The translations under genes and the position numbers were made by a program. Of a DNA stretch of 64,000 nucleotides, positions 42,243-52,665 are shown in pieces; position 1 is the first letter of the stretch; every line of letters begins with the position of its first letter. The stretch is from contig JANRJG010000014.1 in NCBI GenBank assembly GCA_033875315.1, positions 115,166 through 179,165 on the forward strand. Reading direction: 5' to 3'. Under the pieces are notes generated by a model. That model did no database searches. It worked only from the letters and a program-made list of their open reading frames with translations, and was not told the DNA's origin. The stretch is from Candidatus Methylacidiphilales bacterium (GTDB lineage Bacteria > Verrucomicrobiota > Verrucomicrobiia > Methylacidiphilales > CAZTYG01).

Positions 42243-43379
42243 TCAGGCGGGGGTTTCCCTGGGCAGAACGACGTCGAAACGGCACCCACCCCCGGGAAGA
42301 TTTTGGGCGGTGATGTCGCCCCGGTGGGCTCGGGCGATCAAACGGGCTATATGGAGCCCAAGACCGGAACCCTGGTTGCCCTTGGTGGTGTAGTAAGGGA
42401 GGAATATGGAGTCCAACGCATGGGGCGGGATGCCGGGCCCGTTGTCACGCACCGAAATATGGATCTGATGTTCCTCATACCGGGCGAGAAAATCCACCCG
42501 TCCGGTCGATAGCGGGGCGGCCTGGATGGCGTTGAGGCAGAGGTTGTTGAGCATCCTCCTGAGGGAGCGGGCGTGCCCCCGCATGGGGAGGGCCCCGGAG
42601 GGAAAACGGGTGCAAAGCGTGATGCCGCGTTCCACCGCAAGGTGGATGATGTCCTCGCGCACGGTCTGCAAGACCTCATTCAAGTCGAGGGGTTCGGGCG
42701 CCTGTTCTAGCATGCGACCCAAGTCACTGCCCTGGCTGATGAGTTCTCCACAAAAACCGGCCTGCTTGCCGGCGGTGTGCGCGGATGCCTGGACCAACTT
42801 GATTTTTTCGGCGTCGCTGAGGTTTACTCTTCCGCAGATATCGAGGATGTGGTCGCATTGCAATTTGACCACGGTGAGCGGATTGCGGATATCGTGCAGG
42901 ATATCCCAATGGCGGAGGGGATCGCGGCCGGTGGACTCCTGTACCCGCGCCAGATCCGTCGGGGGCGGCGGGAAGGCATGGACCCGGTTGATATGGGCAT
43001 CGAGCGCGCCCAGCAGATTGGCGGCATGGAAAGGTTTTTCCAAATAATCGCTGGCCCCACTGCGGAGGGCCTGTTTGGCCGATTCCAAAGTGGCGTGTCC
43101 GGTCAGGATGATGACCGGGATGGCCCGGTTGAACCGGCGGATCTCCCGCAGGGCCTGCAGGCCGTCGACGCGCGGCAGGCAGAGGTCGAGGGTGATCGCC
43201 ACCGGCTTCTCCAAGCGCAAGAGATTGAGACCTTCCTCGGCGGTACCTGCTTCGAGCACCCGGTAGCGCGACCCCAGGACCATGCTGAGCGAGGCGCGGA
43301 CTGAAGGATCATCATCAATGACCAATACACTCCCCAGGGCAGCGGAAGGCGAGGCCACAGGTTGCAAGGCAGGAGGCAT
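42243..43379 (-). CDS. receiver domain fused to histidine kinase core (REC-HK)
   Basis: VLVIDDDPS ... TLDLCLPRVDG (REC). ILHDIRNPLTVV (H-box). RDNGPGIP ... GSGLGL (HATPase). ATG at 43377-43379 (the track start is TTG). Confidence 0.8.
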   Translation of the reverse strand: MPPALQPVASPSAALGSVLVIDDDPSVRASLSMVLGSRYRVLEAGTAEEGLNLLRLEKPVAITLDLCLPRVDGLQALREIRRFNRAIPVIILTGHATLESAKQALRSGASDYLEKPFHAANLLGALDAHINRVHAFPPPPTDLARVQESTGRDPLRHWDILHDIRNPLTVVKLQCDHILDICGRVNLSDAEKIKLVQASAHTAGKQAGFCGELISQGSDLGRMLEQAPEPLDLNEVLQTVREDIIHLAVERGITLCTRFPSGALPMRGHARSLRRMLNNLCLNAIQAAPLSTGRVDFLARYEEHQIHISVRDNGPGIPPHALDSIFLPYYTTKGNQGSGLGLHIARLIARAHRGDITAQNLPGGGCRFDVVLPRETPA

Positions 43380-43451
43380 GGTGATCGTGGTTGGGGGGAA
43401 CTGGCGCAAAGCCCACGATAAGGAAAAACGCGATTTAGTTCAAGAACCGAG

Positions 43452-45503
43452 TCAGTGAGCCGGACTTATTTCACCGAGGGCTCTCAACACCACCCCCGGG
43501 GTCAGGATTTCGGGTAGAATCACGGGATCGGAAGCATTCGGAAGATAAACCAAGTTGAAGGGCACGGCGGATCGACCCCAACGGGCGAGTTCGCGGGTGA
43601 TGGCCGGATCCTGGCTGGTCCAATCGGCTTTCAGCGTTGCCACATTTTTGAGCCGGAAGGCGGTCCGGACCTCGTCTGAGCCGAAGACCACTTTCTTGTT
43701 GGTTTGGCAGGTGGCGCACCAGCGGGCGGTGAAGTCGACATAAACCGTCCGGCCTTCTTTTCGCAGGGCGCTGACCCGCTCCGCAGACCAGGGCTCCCAA
43801 TGGATTTCATCTTGGCCTGGAGCCGTGGGCCACCCGGCGGTCAGCCCGCCCAGGGCCAGGAGGAGGGCCAGGGCACCGGCCATCCGGCGGACACGCGGCG
43901 GGCGGGCGGGCGGACACCAGCGGCCATAAATCCAGGCCGCCGCCGCCACGGCGACCCAACCCAAAACGGCAGACAGTTGTGAGGATTCCGGCAATTGTCC
44001 GAACAACACCCAGAGCAGGAAGCCGAAGGCCCCGTAGAGCAGGAAAGCCAGCCCCTGTTTGAAACTCTCCATCCACGGACCCGGGCGGGGCAGATGGTTG
44101 GCCAGGAAGGGAAAGAGCGCCAGCAAAAGATAAGGCAACGCCAGTCCCAGGGCGATGACGGTGAAGAGAACCAGGGCCGGCGCGGGAGGGAGCGCCAGGG
44201 CGGCGCCCAAAGCCGGGGCCAGAAAGGGTGCGGCACAGGGGGTGGCCACAATGGTGGCCAACACCCCGGAAAAAAAGGCGCCCGAGAGGGTGGGGCGCCG
44301 GGCCAGGGGGAGCGCGGAGCCGGCGCTGACCAGAGACGTGCCGACCTCGAAGACGCCTCCCATGTTGAGGGCAAAAACGAGCATCAAAGTGGCGAGGGCG
44401 AAAACGAAGGCCGGGCTTTGCAATTGGAAGCCCCAGCCGAGCTGGCTGCCGCCCGCACGGAGGAGCAGGAGCAGTCCGGCCAGGATCCAAAACGAAACCA
44501 GCACCCCGGAAGTGTAGGCAAGCCCGTGCCGGGCCACGGTGGACCGTTTTTCCCCCGATTGTCCCACCAGGCCCATGATCTTGATCCCGAGCACGGGGAA
44601 GACACAGGGCATGAGATTGAGAATCAGGCCCCCGATAAAGCCCAACAACACAATAGAAGAAAACGAGGAGGACGGGGGGCGCGGGAGGACGGAAGTGGGG
44701 GGAATCTCATAAGCCTTGGATCCCGCCGGGGTTTCCACAAGCAGGACGCCGGAAAAGGCGGGGGATTGGATGTTCCCGGCTTTGGGAAGACGGAGCCGCA
44801 ATTCACCCCTGGCCGGACTTTGGCGCGTCTCAAGTTCCTGCTTCTGGGCGTGATCAAGGGACTCGCCGGCATCGGGAAAAAACCAGGCCGAGAGGATCTG
44901 AGGCGCATCCGGAAGGATGGCCCGCAGGAGCCATTGGCCGCCCAGGTCTTCAAAGACCGGGCTGAAGGAAGCAGGAACGGGCAAATGACTGCGGGCTTGC
45001 TCGAAAAGCGGCGTTCGCTGTGGTTGCGCCTGCGTGGATACCGGCAGCACCAGGGACCATTCCGTGTTTCCGGGAACACAGATGTCCTCGCATTCCAGCC
45101 AATCGACCCGTGCCTTGAGGGTGATTTTCTGCCCTGTCTTCAATTGGGCCGGCGGGGTGAGTTCGGTCAGAAGGACAACCTCTCCTTCATAGCCATAACT
45201 GACCAGGCCGGATGCCTCAATCCGCTTCGGCACCGGCCACAGGATCGGGCCCGCGGTGAAGCCCTCGGGAAGGGCCCACTGGATCGTGGTGGCCAGCCCG
45301 GAATCGCCGGGATTTTTCCAATAGGTGTGCCAATGAGGCTCCATCTTCATGCGCACGGCCACTGTGAAGGGAACACCGGGAACGATGGCGTTGGTGTCGG
45401 CCATCGCTTCCACCGTCGTATGGGGCGCGGCCTGCAACGGGGAGGCCGGGGGCAACCCCAGGATGAAAAACAAGGGGAAAAGTTGGATCAAGGTCCGGTG
45501 CAT
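43452..45503 (-). CDS. dsbD: thiol:disulfide interchange protein DsbD/ScsB-like
   Basis: N-terminal PHWHTYWKNPGDSG domain. TM core with LMPCVFPV and TPCAAPFL. C-terminal thioredoxin WCATC. Confidence 0.85.
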   Translation of the reverse strand: MHRTLIQLFPLFFILGLPPASPLQAAPHTTVEAMADTNAIVPGVPFTVAVRMKMEPHWHTYWKNPGDSGLATTIQWALPEGFTAGPILWPVPKRIEASGLVSYGYEGEVVLLTELTPPAQLKTGQKITLKARVDWLECEDICVPGNTEWSLVLPVSTQAQPQRTPLFEQARSHLPVPASFSPVFEDLGGQWLLRAILPDAPQILSAWFFPDAGESLDHAQKQELETRQSPARGELRLRLPKAGNIQSPAFSGVLLVETPAGSKAYEIPPTSVLPRPPSSSFSSIVLLGFIGGLILNLMPCVFPVLGIKIMGLVGQSGEKRSTVARHGLAYTSGVLVSFWILAGLLLLLRAGGSQLGWGFQLQSPAFVFALATLMLVFALNMGGVFEVGTSLVSAGSALPLARRPTLSGAFFSGVLATIVATPCAAPFLAPALGAALALPPAPALVLFTVIALGLALPYLLLALFPFLANHLPRPGPWMESFKQGLAFLLYGAFGFLLWVLFGQLPESSQLSAVLGWVAVAAAAWIYGRWCPPARPPRVRRMAGALALLLALGGLTAGWPTAPGQDEIHWEPWSAERVSALRKEGRTVYVDFTARWCATCQTNKKVVFGSDEVRTAFRLKNVATLKADWTSQDPAITRELARWGRSAVPFNLVYLPNASDPVILPEILTPGVVLRALGEISPAH

Positions 45504-45585
45504 CGGAGTTGGGGTCGCGGAAAAGGGGTTGAAGGCCCAATTTACATGGGTGTGCATCTCTGTCCATCGTGGTTAAGATGGAGGG

Positions 45586-47145
45586 ATGTCCGCCCAGCCC
45601 GACCTCATGCCCAAAGTGCGCGCCCTCCCGCACAAGCCCGGGGTCTACCTTTTCAAGGACCGTTTCCACAAAGTGATCTATGTGGGCAAGGCCCGGGATC
45701 TCCACCGCCGCGTCGCGCAGTATTTCCATCCCTCCCGGCGCATGTCCGCAGACCTGAAAACCCGCGCCCTCGTGGAAAGCATCTGGGATCTGGAAACGCA
45801 TGAGGTCCACTCCGAGCCGGAATCCATCCTTCTCGAAGGCCGACTCATCAAGGAGTACCGTCCGCGCTATAACATATCATTCCGCGACGACAAACGCTTC
45901 CTCCTGGTCAAAACCAATCTCAACGACCCTTTCCCGCGCTTCCAATTGACGCGCGTGCGCAAGGAGGACGGTTGCCGGTATTTCGGTCCGTTCGCCCATT
46001 CGGGGGCCCTGCGCAGCACGCTCAATCTGCTGAAAAAAATCCACGGCCTTCGTTCCTGCCAGCCGGTCATCCCGGGGGAGAAAGACCACCGGCACTGCCT
46101 GGACCACATCATCAAGAACTGCTGTGCACCCTGCATCGGCAAAACCACCCGCAGCGAATACCTGGCCCGTGTCCAACAAGCCTGTGCCTTCCTGGAAGGC
46201 CGCTCCGCCGAGATGATGGCGGAATTGGAGGAAGAAATGCGGCGGGCGGCGGAACGGCTGGACTTCGAGAAAGCGGCCCTGCTGCGCAACATGCTGAAGG
46301 ACATCCGTCAGACCACGACCCCCCGGCGCCAGTTTGTCCGGGAAATCCCCACCACGGTCATCCCGGAGCGGGACCTGTCGCTCCTGCGCGATGCGCTCGG
46401 GCTGCAAGCCCCGCCCGCCCTCATCGAGTGCTTCGACATCTCCAACATCTCGGTCACCCACAAGGTCGCTTCCATGGTCGTATTCCGGAATGGACGCCCC
46501 GACCGGGCCGGCTACCGCCGTTTCCGCATCCGCGGCGTCGACGGCCAGGACGATTTCGCCAGCATGGCCGAGGTGGTCGGGCGGCGCTACCGCCGGCTGG
46601 CCGCCGAGGGACGGGATATGCCCGATCTGGTCGTGGTCGACGGCGGCAAAGGCCAGGTTTCCAGCGCCTTGCGCGAATTGGAAGCCCTGGGTCTGGGAAC
46701 CCAGCCCATCATCGGCCTGGCCAAGCAACGGGAGGAGATTTTCCGCCCTTTCCACCCGGAGCCCATCGTGCTCCCGCCGGAATCGGGTGCCCTGCGCCTG
46801 CTCCAACGCATCCGGGATGAGGCCCACCGCTTCGCCAATGGATACCACCAATTATTGATGAAAAAGCGCATGAGTGAAAGCGTGCTCGACGAATGTCCCG
46901 GGGTCAGCGAAGCGAAAAAACGCGCCCTCCTGACCCGTTTCGGTTCGGTCCAGCGGATGAAAACCGCGGACAAGGCGCACTTTTTGGAAGTGCCCGGGGT
47001 GGGGGAGAAGCTGGCCGGCGAATTGGTGGCCTTTTTCCAGAGGTTGAAGCGCACCCCGTCCCAGACGCTTCCGGCATCGGAAGCCGGCCCCGGGGATGTG
47101 GTCTACTCGCTCCGTTCAAAGCATCCCTCTGCCGGGCCGGATTGA
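45586..47145 (+). CDS. uvrC: excinuclease ABC subunit C
   Basis: GIY-YIG (PGVYLFKD ... VIYVGKA ... YN). UVR motif (FEKAALLRNML). C-terminal HhH (VPGVGEKLA). At 519 aa it is on the short side. Confidence 0.9.
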   Translation: MSAQPDLMPKVRALPHKPGVYLFKDRFHKVIYVGKARDLHRRVAQYFHPSRRMSADLKTRALVESIWDLETHEVHSEPESILLEGRLIKEYRPRYNISFRDDKRFLLVKTNLNDPFPRFQLTRVRKEDGCRYFGPFAHSGALRSTLNLLKKIHGLRSCQPVIPGEKDHRHCLDHIIKNCCAPCIGKTTRSEYLARVQQACAFLEGRSAEMMAELEEEMRRAAERLDFEKAALLRNMLKDIRQTTTPRRQFVREIPTTVIPERDLSLLRDALGLQAPPALIECFDISNISVTHKVASMVVFRNGRPDRAGYRRFRIRGVDGQDDFASMAEVVGRRYRRLAAEGRDMPDLVVVDGGKGQVSSALRELEALGLGTQPIIGLAKQREEIFRPFHPEPIVLPPESGALRLLQRIRDEAHRFANGYHQLLMKKRMSESVLDECPGVSEAKKRALLTRFGSVQRMKTADKAHFLEVPGVGEKLAGELVAFFQRLKRTPSQTLPASEAGPGDVVYSLRSKHPSAGPD

Positions 47146-47166
47146 ACCCGGGTGGGCTGCCCGGGT
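47146..47166 (+). terminator. stem-loop ACCCGGG-tgggctg-CCCGGGT directly after the uvrC stop
   Basis: 7-bp stem and 7-nt loop. Only a weak U-tract (cgatttc) follows. Confidence 0.3.
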
Positions 47167-47238
47167 CGATTTCAGGTCCGCAAACAAGCGGCGGTTCCTT
47201 TCTTGCATAATTGTCTGTAAAAAGTTAGTACCCTTCTA

Positions 47239-48210
47239 GTGCACGCCTTGTGTCAAAAATCATTACGCGTCCTTGGGCTATCGACTGGCTTTTGGGCCGC
47301 CATTTGTTTCCCCGGAGGCGGACTTTCCGCCCAGACCTCCTCGTCCGGCCAGGCTTCCATCGAACAATCCCGTTTGTTCCAAAACCAACCCACCTTGCGG
47401 TCGGAGGAAAGCCAACCCGCGGCGGAAGGGGAAAAAGCCCCGGCGACCGAAGGCGACCCTGATCTGGGCGCCCAGCTCCTGCTCAAGCGCAACAACGAAT
47501 ACGACGCGTTCAAAATCACGGCTTCCAGCCAGGTGCTTTTCACGGACAACGTGGCCCTTGTGAAAAAAGGGGCCGAATCCGACGCCTACATGGTCCACTC
47601 CGCTGGGGTGCAGTGGAAACCCAAGATCACCGAAACCCTCTACGCGGTGGCCGGGGTCCGGCAGGGATTTTTCCGTTACGACGAGTTTGACGCACTGGAC
47701 TTCGACAGTCTGGATGCGGGCGCGGGATTGGAAAACACCTGGCAGGATTTGGGCGGGGTCACCACCAGCGCGACATACAATTACAACCGTCTGACCGAGG
47801 CCACCCTGGGCCGGGAATTTTTCCGCAACCACCAGTTCATCTTCAGTGCGGACAAGAGCTTCACCCTTTCCCGCAACCTCTTCCTCTTCACCAACGCCTC
47901 CGCGACCATTTCCCTTTCCGACCCTTATGACTCCCAGCGTTGGGATTATGCCCTGGTGGGCGGGCTTTACGGACGCATCACCCGCCACTGGGACGCCCAA
48001 TTGACCTACCGCGTCGCGCTCTTTGATTACTCCGCCCAGGACCGGACCGATTTCAACCAGAATGTCGGCCTCAACACCTCATACAACCTGGCTGAATGGG
48101 CCGCCGTGGGGGCCTCGACCAACTTCACCTTCAACAACTCCTCGGAACCGGTTTTCGATTATGAATCGATCAATGCCGGCGGCGGGGTTTATTTGAACGT
48201 TAAATTCTAA
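47239..48210 (+). CDS. putative outer-membrane beta-barrel protein
   Basis: GTG start and a signal-like N-terminus. Alternating amphipathic strands rich in Y/F/N/T. Terminal VYLNVKF, with a C-terminal Phe. Confidence 0.6.
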   Translation: MHALCQKSLRVLGLSTGFWAAICFPGGGLSAQTSSSGQASIEQSRLFQNQPTLRSEESQPAAEGEKAPATEGDPDLGAQLLLKRNNEYDAFKITASSQVLFTDNVALVKKGAESDAYMVHSAGVQWKPKITETLYAVAGVRQGFFRYDEFDALDFDSLDAGAGLENTWQDLGGVTTSATYNYNRLTEATLGREFFRNHQFIFSADKSFTLSRNLFLFTNASATISLSDPYDSQRWDYALVGGLYGRITRHWDAQLTYRVALFDYSAQDRTDFNQNVGLNTSYNLAEWAAVGASTNFTFNNSSEPVFDYESINAGGGVYLNVKF

Positions 48211-48219
48211 GGAGCCACC

Positions 48220-51200
48220 ATGCGCATGACCAAACTGCCTTTCCCCGGTTTTTCCATTCTGGCGGCGTGGGGTCTTTCTTCCCTGTCCTTCCTCACCGGC
48301 CTCCAGGCCGCACCTCTCAAAGAGGCCAACCTGACCCGCATTGTCAATGACGTGCGGATCATGGAACTGCCGGCCAACGTCCAGAAACCCGCCCTCCTCA
48401 ACCAGAAGGTCATCGACCAGCAGGCCGTGGTCACCGGTTTGCAGAGCCGGGCCGAGCTGCTCTTCAGCGACAAGACCCTCACCCGTCTCGGCGCCAACAG
48501 TGTCTTCACCTTCAAAGAGGGCACCCGCAACATGGACCTCAAGCGCGGCACCATGCTTCTTCAGGTGCCCAAGAATGCCGGGGGGGCCCAGATCAAGACC
48601 GCCGCCGTCACCGCCGCCATCACCGGAACCACCCTCCTGGTGGAATACCAACCCGGTGCCGGCCCCTCCCCGCAGACGTTCCCTTCCGCCGACCTTTCCA
48701 CTCCAGTGCCTCCCCTGAACGCCGTCGCTGCCGCACCTGCTTCCGATGGCTCCGGTGCCGTCGCTTCCAACGTCGAGGGCACCACCCGCATCCTCGTCCC
48801 GGGAGAATCCACCTTCCGTCCCCTGCGCGCCGGAGAATCCATTCCGGCCGGCAGTTCCCTCATGACAGCCGAAAGCGGTTCCGCCGTGGTTTCGCCCGCG
48901 CCGGGTGTGGCCCTCCGGTTGCTTCCCAATTCCATCCTCCGTGTCGATGCCGCCGAGGGCGACGGCAAAACGCCCAAGGTCCGCCTCAATCTCAAGGAAG
49001 GCGGCGTGATCAACATCATTTCCAAGGCCAAGTACAACCAGGTCGACTACCAGATCACCACCCCGCAGGGCGTATGCGCGGCGCGTGGCACCGTCTTCGG
49101 TATTTTTGTCTCCGGCGGGCGTGTGCTCGTCCTCGGAGCCCACGGCGCTTCCGCCTTCAACGGCCAGCCGGTTCCCGCCGGCCGGGCCAGCTTCTTCGGC
49201 AGCGGGCGCAGCGGCAACCTCGATCCCAATTCCCCCGAGTTCCGCCGTCTCCTCGGCCAGACGGTCGATGCGCTCCGTTCGGCCTCCGACCGCGGTTTGA
49301 TCCCCCCCTCCTTCCTCCCCCAGGTGCGCGACCAGCTTGAGCGCGGCGGGGTCCGGCTTGATGAAAGCCAGAAACAACAACTGCAACCGCCCCAATCCCA
49401 GGGCCAGGGAGGCAACACCGGTCCACAAGTCGCCGGCGGCGGCAACGGTGCCGGATCGACGGGCGGTGATGGGGGTTTCGCCAAGGTCGTCGTCCTTGAG
49501 GGCGAAGTCCGGGTCTTCATCACGGGCCAGGTGGGCGAGTCGATGCTCCTCCAGCCCGGCCAGATGATCATCTTCCCGCCCAACACCACGCGCCTGCCCG
49601 AGGCAGTGGATGTGAACCTCGATTTATTGGTTAAAACTTCGAAGTTAGTCCAGGAAATGGACCCGAATGATGGCGCGCTGGTGGCCGACCAGGGCGGGGC
49701 TGTCGATCCCACCGGCGGCAGCCCCCTCAATCTCGATCCCGTCCAGGATGCCATCGGCGGCCAACAACAATTGATCGACAGCGGTCTCTTGGGGGACACC
49801 AATCTGATCATCCTCAGCGGGGACAGCGCGATCGTCCTGACCCCGGACCAATTGACCGCCATTCAAAACGCAACGAACGCCGGCACGCCACCGCCGCCCG
49901 TCAACCTGAACCCGGCGCTGCTCGGACCCCTGACCACCATCTCCGGGCTCAACACCCTCGATGCTTCCACCCTCGTCTCCACCAATCCCACCATCACCCA
50001 GGGCAATGCCACTTACGAGGGCAAGATCATGACCGGCAGGCCTGGCGATGACCTCGCGGCTTCCAAGGCGGAGTATCTTTTCGGAGCGGAGTCCCCCTTT
50101 GATCAATTCATCAACTTCCAAGCCAACGCCCCGACGCCGTCGGCCATTTTCCGATTTGCCAACCTCACGATCGCCGGTCCATTCCCCATTTCCACCGCAG
50201 GAGCCAACGCGCAGTCCACCCTGGGTTTGGTATCGGAGGGCAATTTGGCCATCAATCTTGCCTCCCAGACGCTCTCCCTGAGTCCGTTGTCCGGTGGCTT
50301 CTTCCTCATCACCAAGGACGGCAACATCCAGTTCAACAACGGCACCTTGGATGTGGGTGGCAGGGAAGCCTTCTTCCTGGCCCGCGATGGGAACACCCTC
50401 GGCGATTACAACGGCAGCGGGGGGGACATCACCTTCTCCGCCACTTCTGTCATCACAGGAACATCCGGCGGGTCCTTCGGCGCCCTGGCCCAGAACAATC
50501 TGACCTATTCCGGCTCTTCCGTCGGCCTGACGGATTTTGACCTGGCGGTCGGCACGGGTAATCTTGTCTACAATGGCAATGTCCAGTCGGGTCGCTTCAG
50601 CCTCTTTGCGGAAAATGGCGGAGTCACCAATGGCCCCGGAACACCCTTTCTCTCTTCCTCCCCGGTCATTCAGCTCAATGGCGGCACGGTCAATGCCTCC
50701 AACATCGAGATCGGCGGCTTTGATGTCCAATTCAACAACACCGCCCTGGCCGCCACTTCTACCCTGCGCGTCTATTCTCCGCTGATCTCACTGAATGGAG
50801 GCTCCTTTGAAAGCCCATCCGTCGAACTCAATTCCACCGACCTCATCGAATGGGGGGGCGTTTCATTCCTGGCCGCCAATCCTTCACTGGTTAAATTCTT
50901 CGCCGAGGACATCACCCTGCTGCAAAGCCAGTTCATCACCAATCCCAACCTCAAGGTCGAATTGGAACTGGGTGGCGGCACGTTGAGTGGGCCGTTCCAA
51001 CTCAGCGGAATCCGCAAGCTGTCCGGCTTCGGCGCCGTCAATGGATTGACCCAACTATGGGTCAACAAGGGGAGCATCGACGATTTTTCCGGCAACATCT
51101 TCGTGACCGGTGGGCTGGCCGCTTTTGATGGCGGGATCGGCGGGGAAGGCAGGATCAACGTCCAGGGTGATCTCAGCGCCAACCAGATTTATGCCGATGG

Positions 51201-52653
51201 CGATATCTTTGCCTTCAACATCAATGCGGTCAACGGGGTCACGGCCAATGGCACCACCAGCAGCATCAGCACCGGGAACCTCACCGTTACCGGCACCGGC
51301 GCCAACGTTCTGGCCCGTGGAACCGTCCAAACCAACCGGATCACCGCCCCCAACACCACGATCACAGCCAACTCCGTCCAGATCCAACAAGCCGGGAACT
51401 CGACCGCTTTCTGGATCAAGTCCAATTCCATCCAGGGTTCTTCCGCGGATCTGGATGTGGATTTCATCAGCCCGAATCCGCAAAGTCCCAACACCGGGAA
51501 CATCCAACTGAACAGGCTCTCCTCCTCCGGCGGAATCAATTTTGCCGGAATCAACCCCGGAAACAACGGATACAACCTCAACCTCAACATCCTCGATGCT
51601 TCCTCGGGGCTGGGTTTTGGCAACTCCGGCTCGGACATCCTTTACGCCAAATCCAGTGGCGCGGACAATCCCTCCGGTCCCGGTGGCAATGGTGCGGTCA
51701 TCAACATCACCTCCCCCAAGGTCAAAGTTTCGAGCGGCGGAGGCATCCTTTCCGAGGGCGGCAGCTCCGGCATTGGAACCTTCAACGGTGGCAGCGGCGG
51801 CCAGATCATCCTGAATGCGGCCCAGGGCTTTGACATGAACGGCGGCCTCATTTCCGTGGCCGGCGGCAATGCCTCGGTTACCGGTGGCGAAGGCGGCAAC
51901 GGCGGATCGGTTCAGATCTCGTCCTCGTCGAACATGAAGCTCCAGGGCGCGGCCAAGATTGATGCCACGGCCGGTGCGGCCGGGGGCGTCACTCCGATCA
52001 GTTCGCAGGGTGGCAGCATCCAGCTCACCGCGACGGGCGCGGAGATCGAAATCAACGGTTCCAATTTGGCCACCTCTGACAAAACCAACACCTTCACCAA
52101 GGCCTCCCAGGGTGGGCTCATCAAGCTCATTTCCAACATCGCCTACGGTTCCTCCAATCCCACCAGCAATCGCGCGGTTTACGTCAGGAACAGTTCCGAA
52201 CTCTACGCCATGACCCATATGGCCAATCTGTCAAACCTTGGCACCATAGATCTGCAGGCCACCGGCAACAATGCCAGCGTCGTCATCGACAACGCCACCC
52301 TCCGGGCCGACATCGTCAAATTGGGCGCAATCAACAGCAACGGCAATCTCGTCATTGGCGGATCGACCATCGAAGCCTCATCCCTCATGAAACTCTACGG
52401 GGGCACCACCGCGGGCAACGGAGTCATCTTTGTCGCCAACACCAACTTGGATGGCAGCGGGGTGAAATACATCCGCGGCCAGACCGTGACCATCAACAAC
52501 GGGGTTACGGTCAATGTCACCGGCCCGGCCGCCCAAGTCTTCACCAATGTGGCCAACTACTCCGCCATCAACGGCGGGAATGGCAACACGACCGGGCTCT
52601 TCACCGGCAGCGGGGCCACCACCCAGCCCCTGGCCAACGCCCCGTCCTTCTGA
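48220..52653 (+). CDS. giant secreted FecR-domain protein with Gly/Asn/Thr/Ser-rich beta-helix-like region (1477 aa)
   Basis: Signal peptide. Two to three FecR-like modules (LTRLGANSVFTF ... GTMLLQVP; LRLLPNSILRV ... GGVINIISK). About 1000 aa of low-complexity G/N/T/S repeats follow. Confidence 0.75.
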   Translation: MRMTKLPFPGFSILAAWGLSSLSFLTGLQAAPLKEANLTRIVNDVRIMELPANVQKPALLNQKVIDQQAVVTGLQSRAELLFSDKTLTRLGANSVFTFKEGTRNMDLKRGTMLLQVPKNAGGAQIKTAAVTAAITGTTLLVEYQPGAGPSPQTFPSADLSTPVPPLNAVAAAPASDGSGAVASNVEGTTRILVPGESTFRPLRAGESIPAGSSLMTAESGSAVVSPAPGVALRLLPNSILRVDAAEGDGKTPKVRLNLKEGGVINIISKAKYNQVDYQITTPQGVCAARGTVFGIFVSGGRVLVLGAHGASAFNGQPVPAGRASFFGSGRSGNLDPNSPEFRRLLGQTVDALRSASDRGLIPPSFLPQVRDQLERGGVRLDESQKQQLQPPQSQGQGGNTGPQVAGGGNGAGSTGGDGGFAKVVVLEGEVRVFITGQVGESMLLQPGQMIIFPPNTTRLPEAVDVNLDLLVKTSKLVQEMDPNDGALVADQGGAVDPTGGSPLNLDPVQDAIGGQQQLIDSGLLGDTNLIILSGDSAIVLTPDQLTAIQNATNAGTPPPPVNLNPALLGPLTTISGLNTLDASTLVSTNPTITQGNATYEGKIMTGRPGDDLAASKAEYLFGAESPFDQFINFQANAPTPSAIFRFANLTIAGPFPISTAGANAQSTLGLVSEGNLAINLASQTLSLSPLSGGFFLITKDGNIQFNNGTLDVGGREAFFLARDGNTLGDYNGSGGDITFSATSVITGTSGGSFGALAQNNLTYSGSSVGLTDFDLAVGTGNLVYNGNVQSGRFSLFAENGGVTNGPGTPFLSSSPVIQLNGGTVNASNIEIGGFDVQFNNTALAATSTLRVYSPLISLNGGSFESPSVELNSTDLIEWGGVSFLAANPSLVKFFAEDITLLQSQFITNPNLKVELELGGGTLSGPFQLSGIRKLSGFGAVNGLTQLWVNKGSIDDFSGNIFVTGGLAAFDGGIGGEGRINVQGDLSANQIYADGDIFAFNINAVNGVTANGTTSSISTGNLTVTGTGANVLARGTVQTNRITAPNTTITANSVQIQQAGNSTAFWIKSNSIQGSSADLDVDFISPNPQSPNTGNIQLNRLSSSGGINFAGINPGNNGYNLNLNILDASSGLGFGNSGSDILYAKSSGADNPSGPGGNGAVINITSPKVKVSSGGGILSEGGSSGIGTFNGGSGGQIILNAAQGFDMNGGLISVAGGNASVTGGEGGNGGSVQISSSSNMKLQGAAKIDATAGAAGGVTPISSQGGSIQLTATGAEIEINGSNLATSDKTNTFTKASQGGLIKLISNIAYGSSNPTSNRAVYVRNSSELYAMTHMANLSNLGTIDLQATGNNASVVIDNATLRADIVKLGAINSNGNLVIGGSTIEASSLMKLYGGTTAGNGVIFVANTNLDGSGVKYIRGQTVTINNGVTVNVTGPAAQVFTNVANYSAINGGNGNTTGLFTGSGATTQPLANAPSF

Positions 52654-52665
52654 TGACCGTCAGGA

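Noticed and set aside
48079-52218. Several long minus-strand ORFs (48079..49428, 49645..50730, 51055..52218) opposite the giant FecR gene
   Set aside because: Gly/Asp/Ala-rich shadow ORFs with no motifs. The plus-strand gene has a signal peptide and FecR modules.
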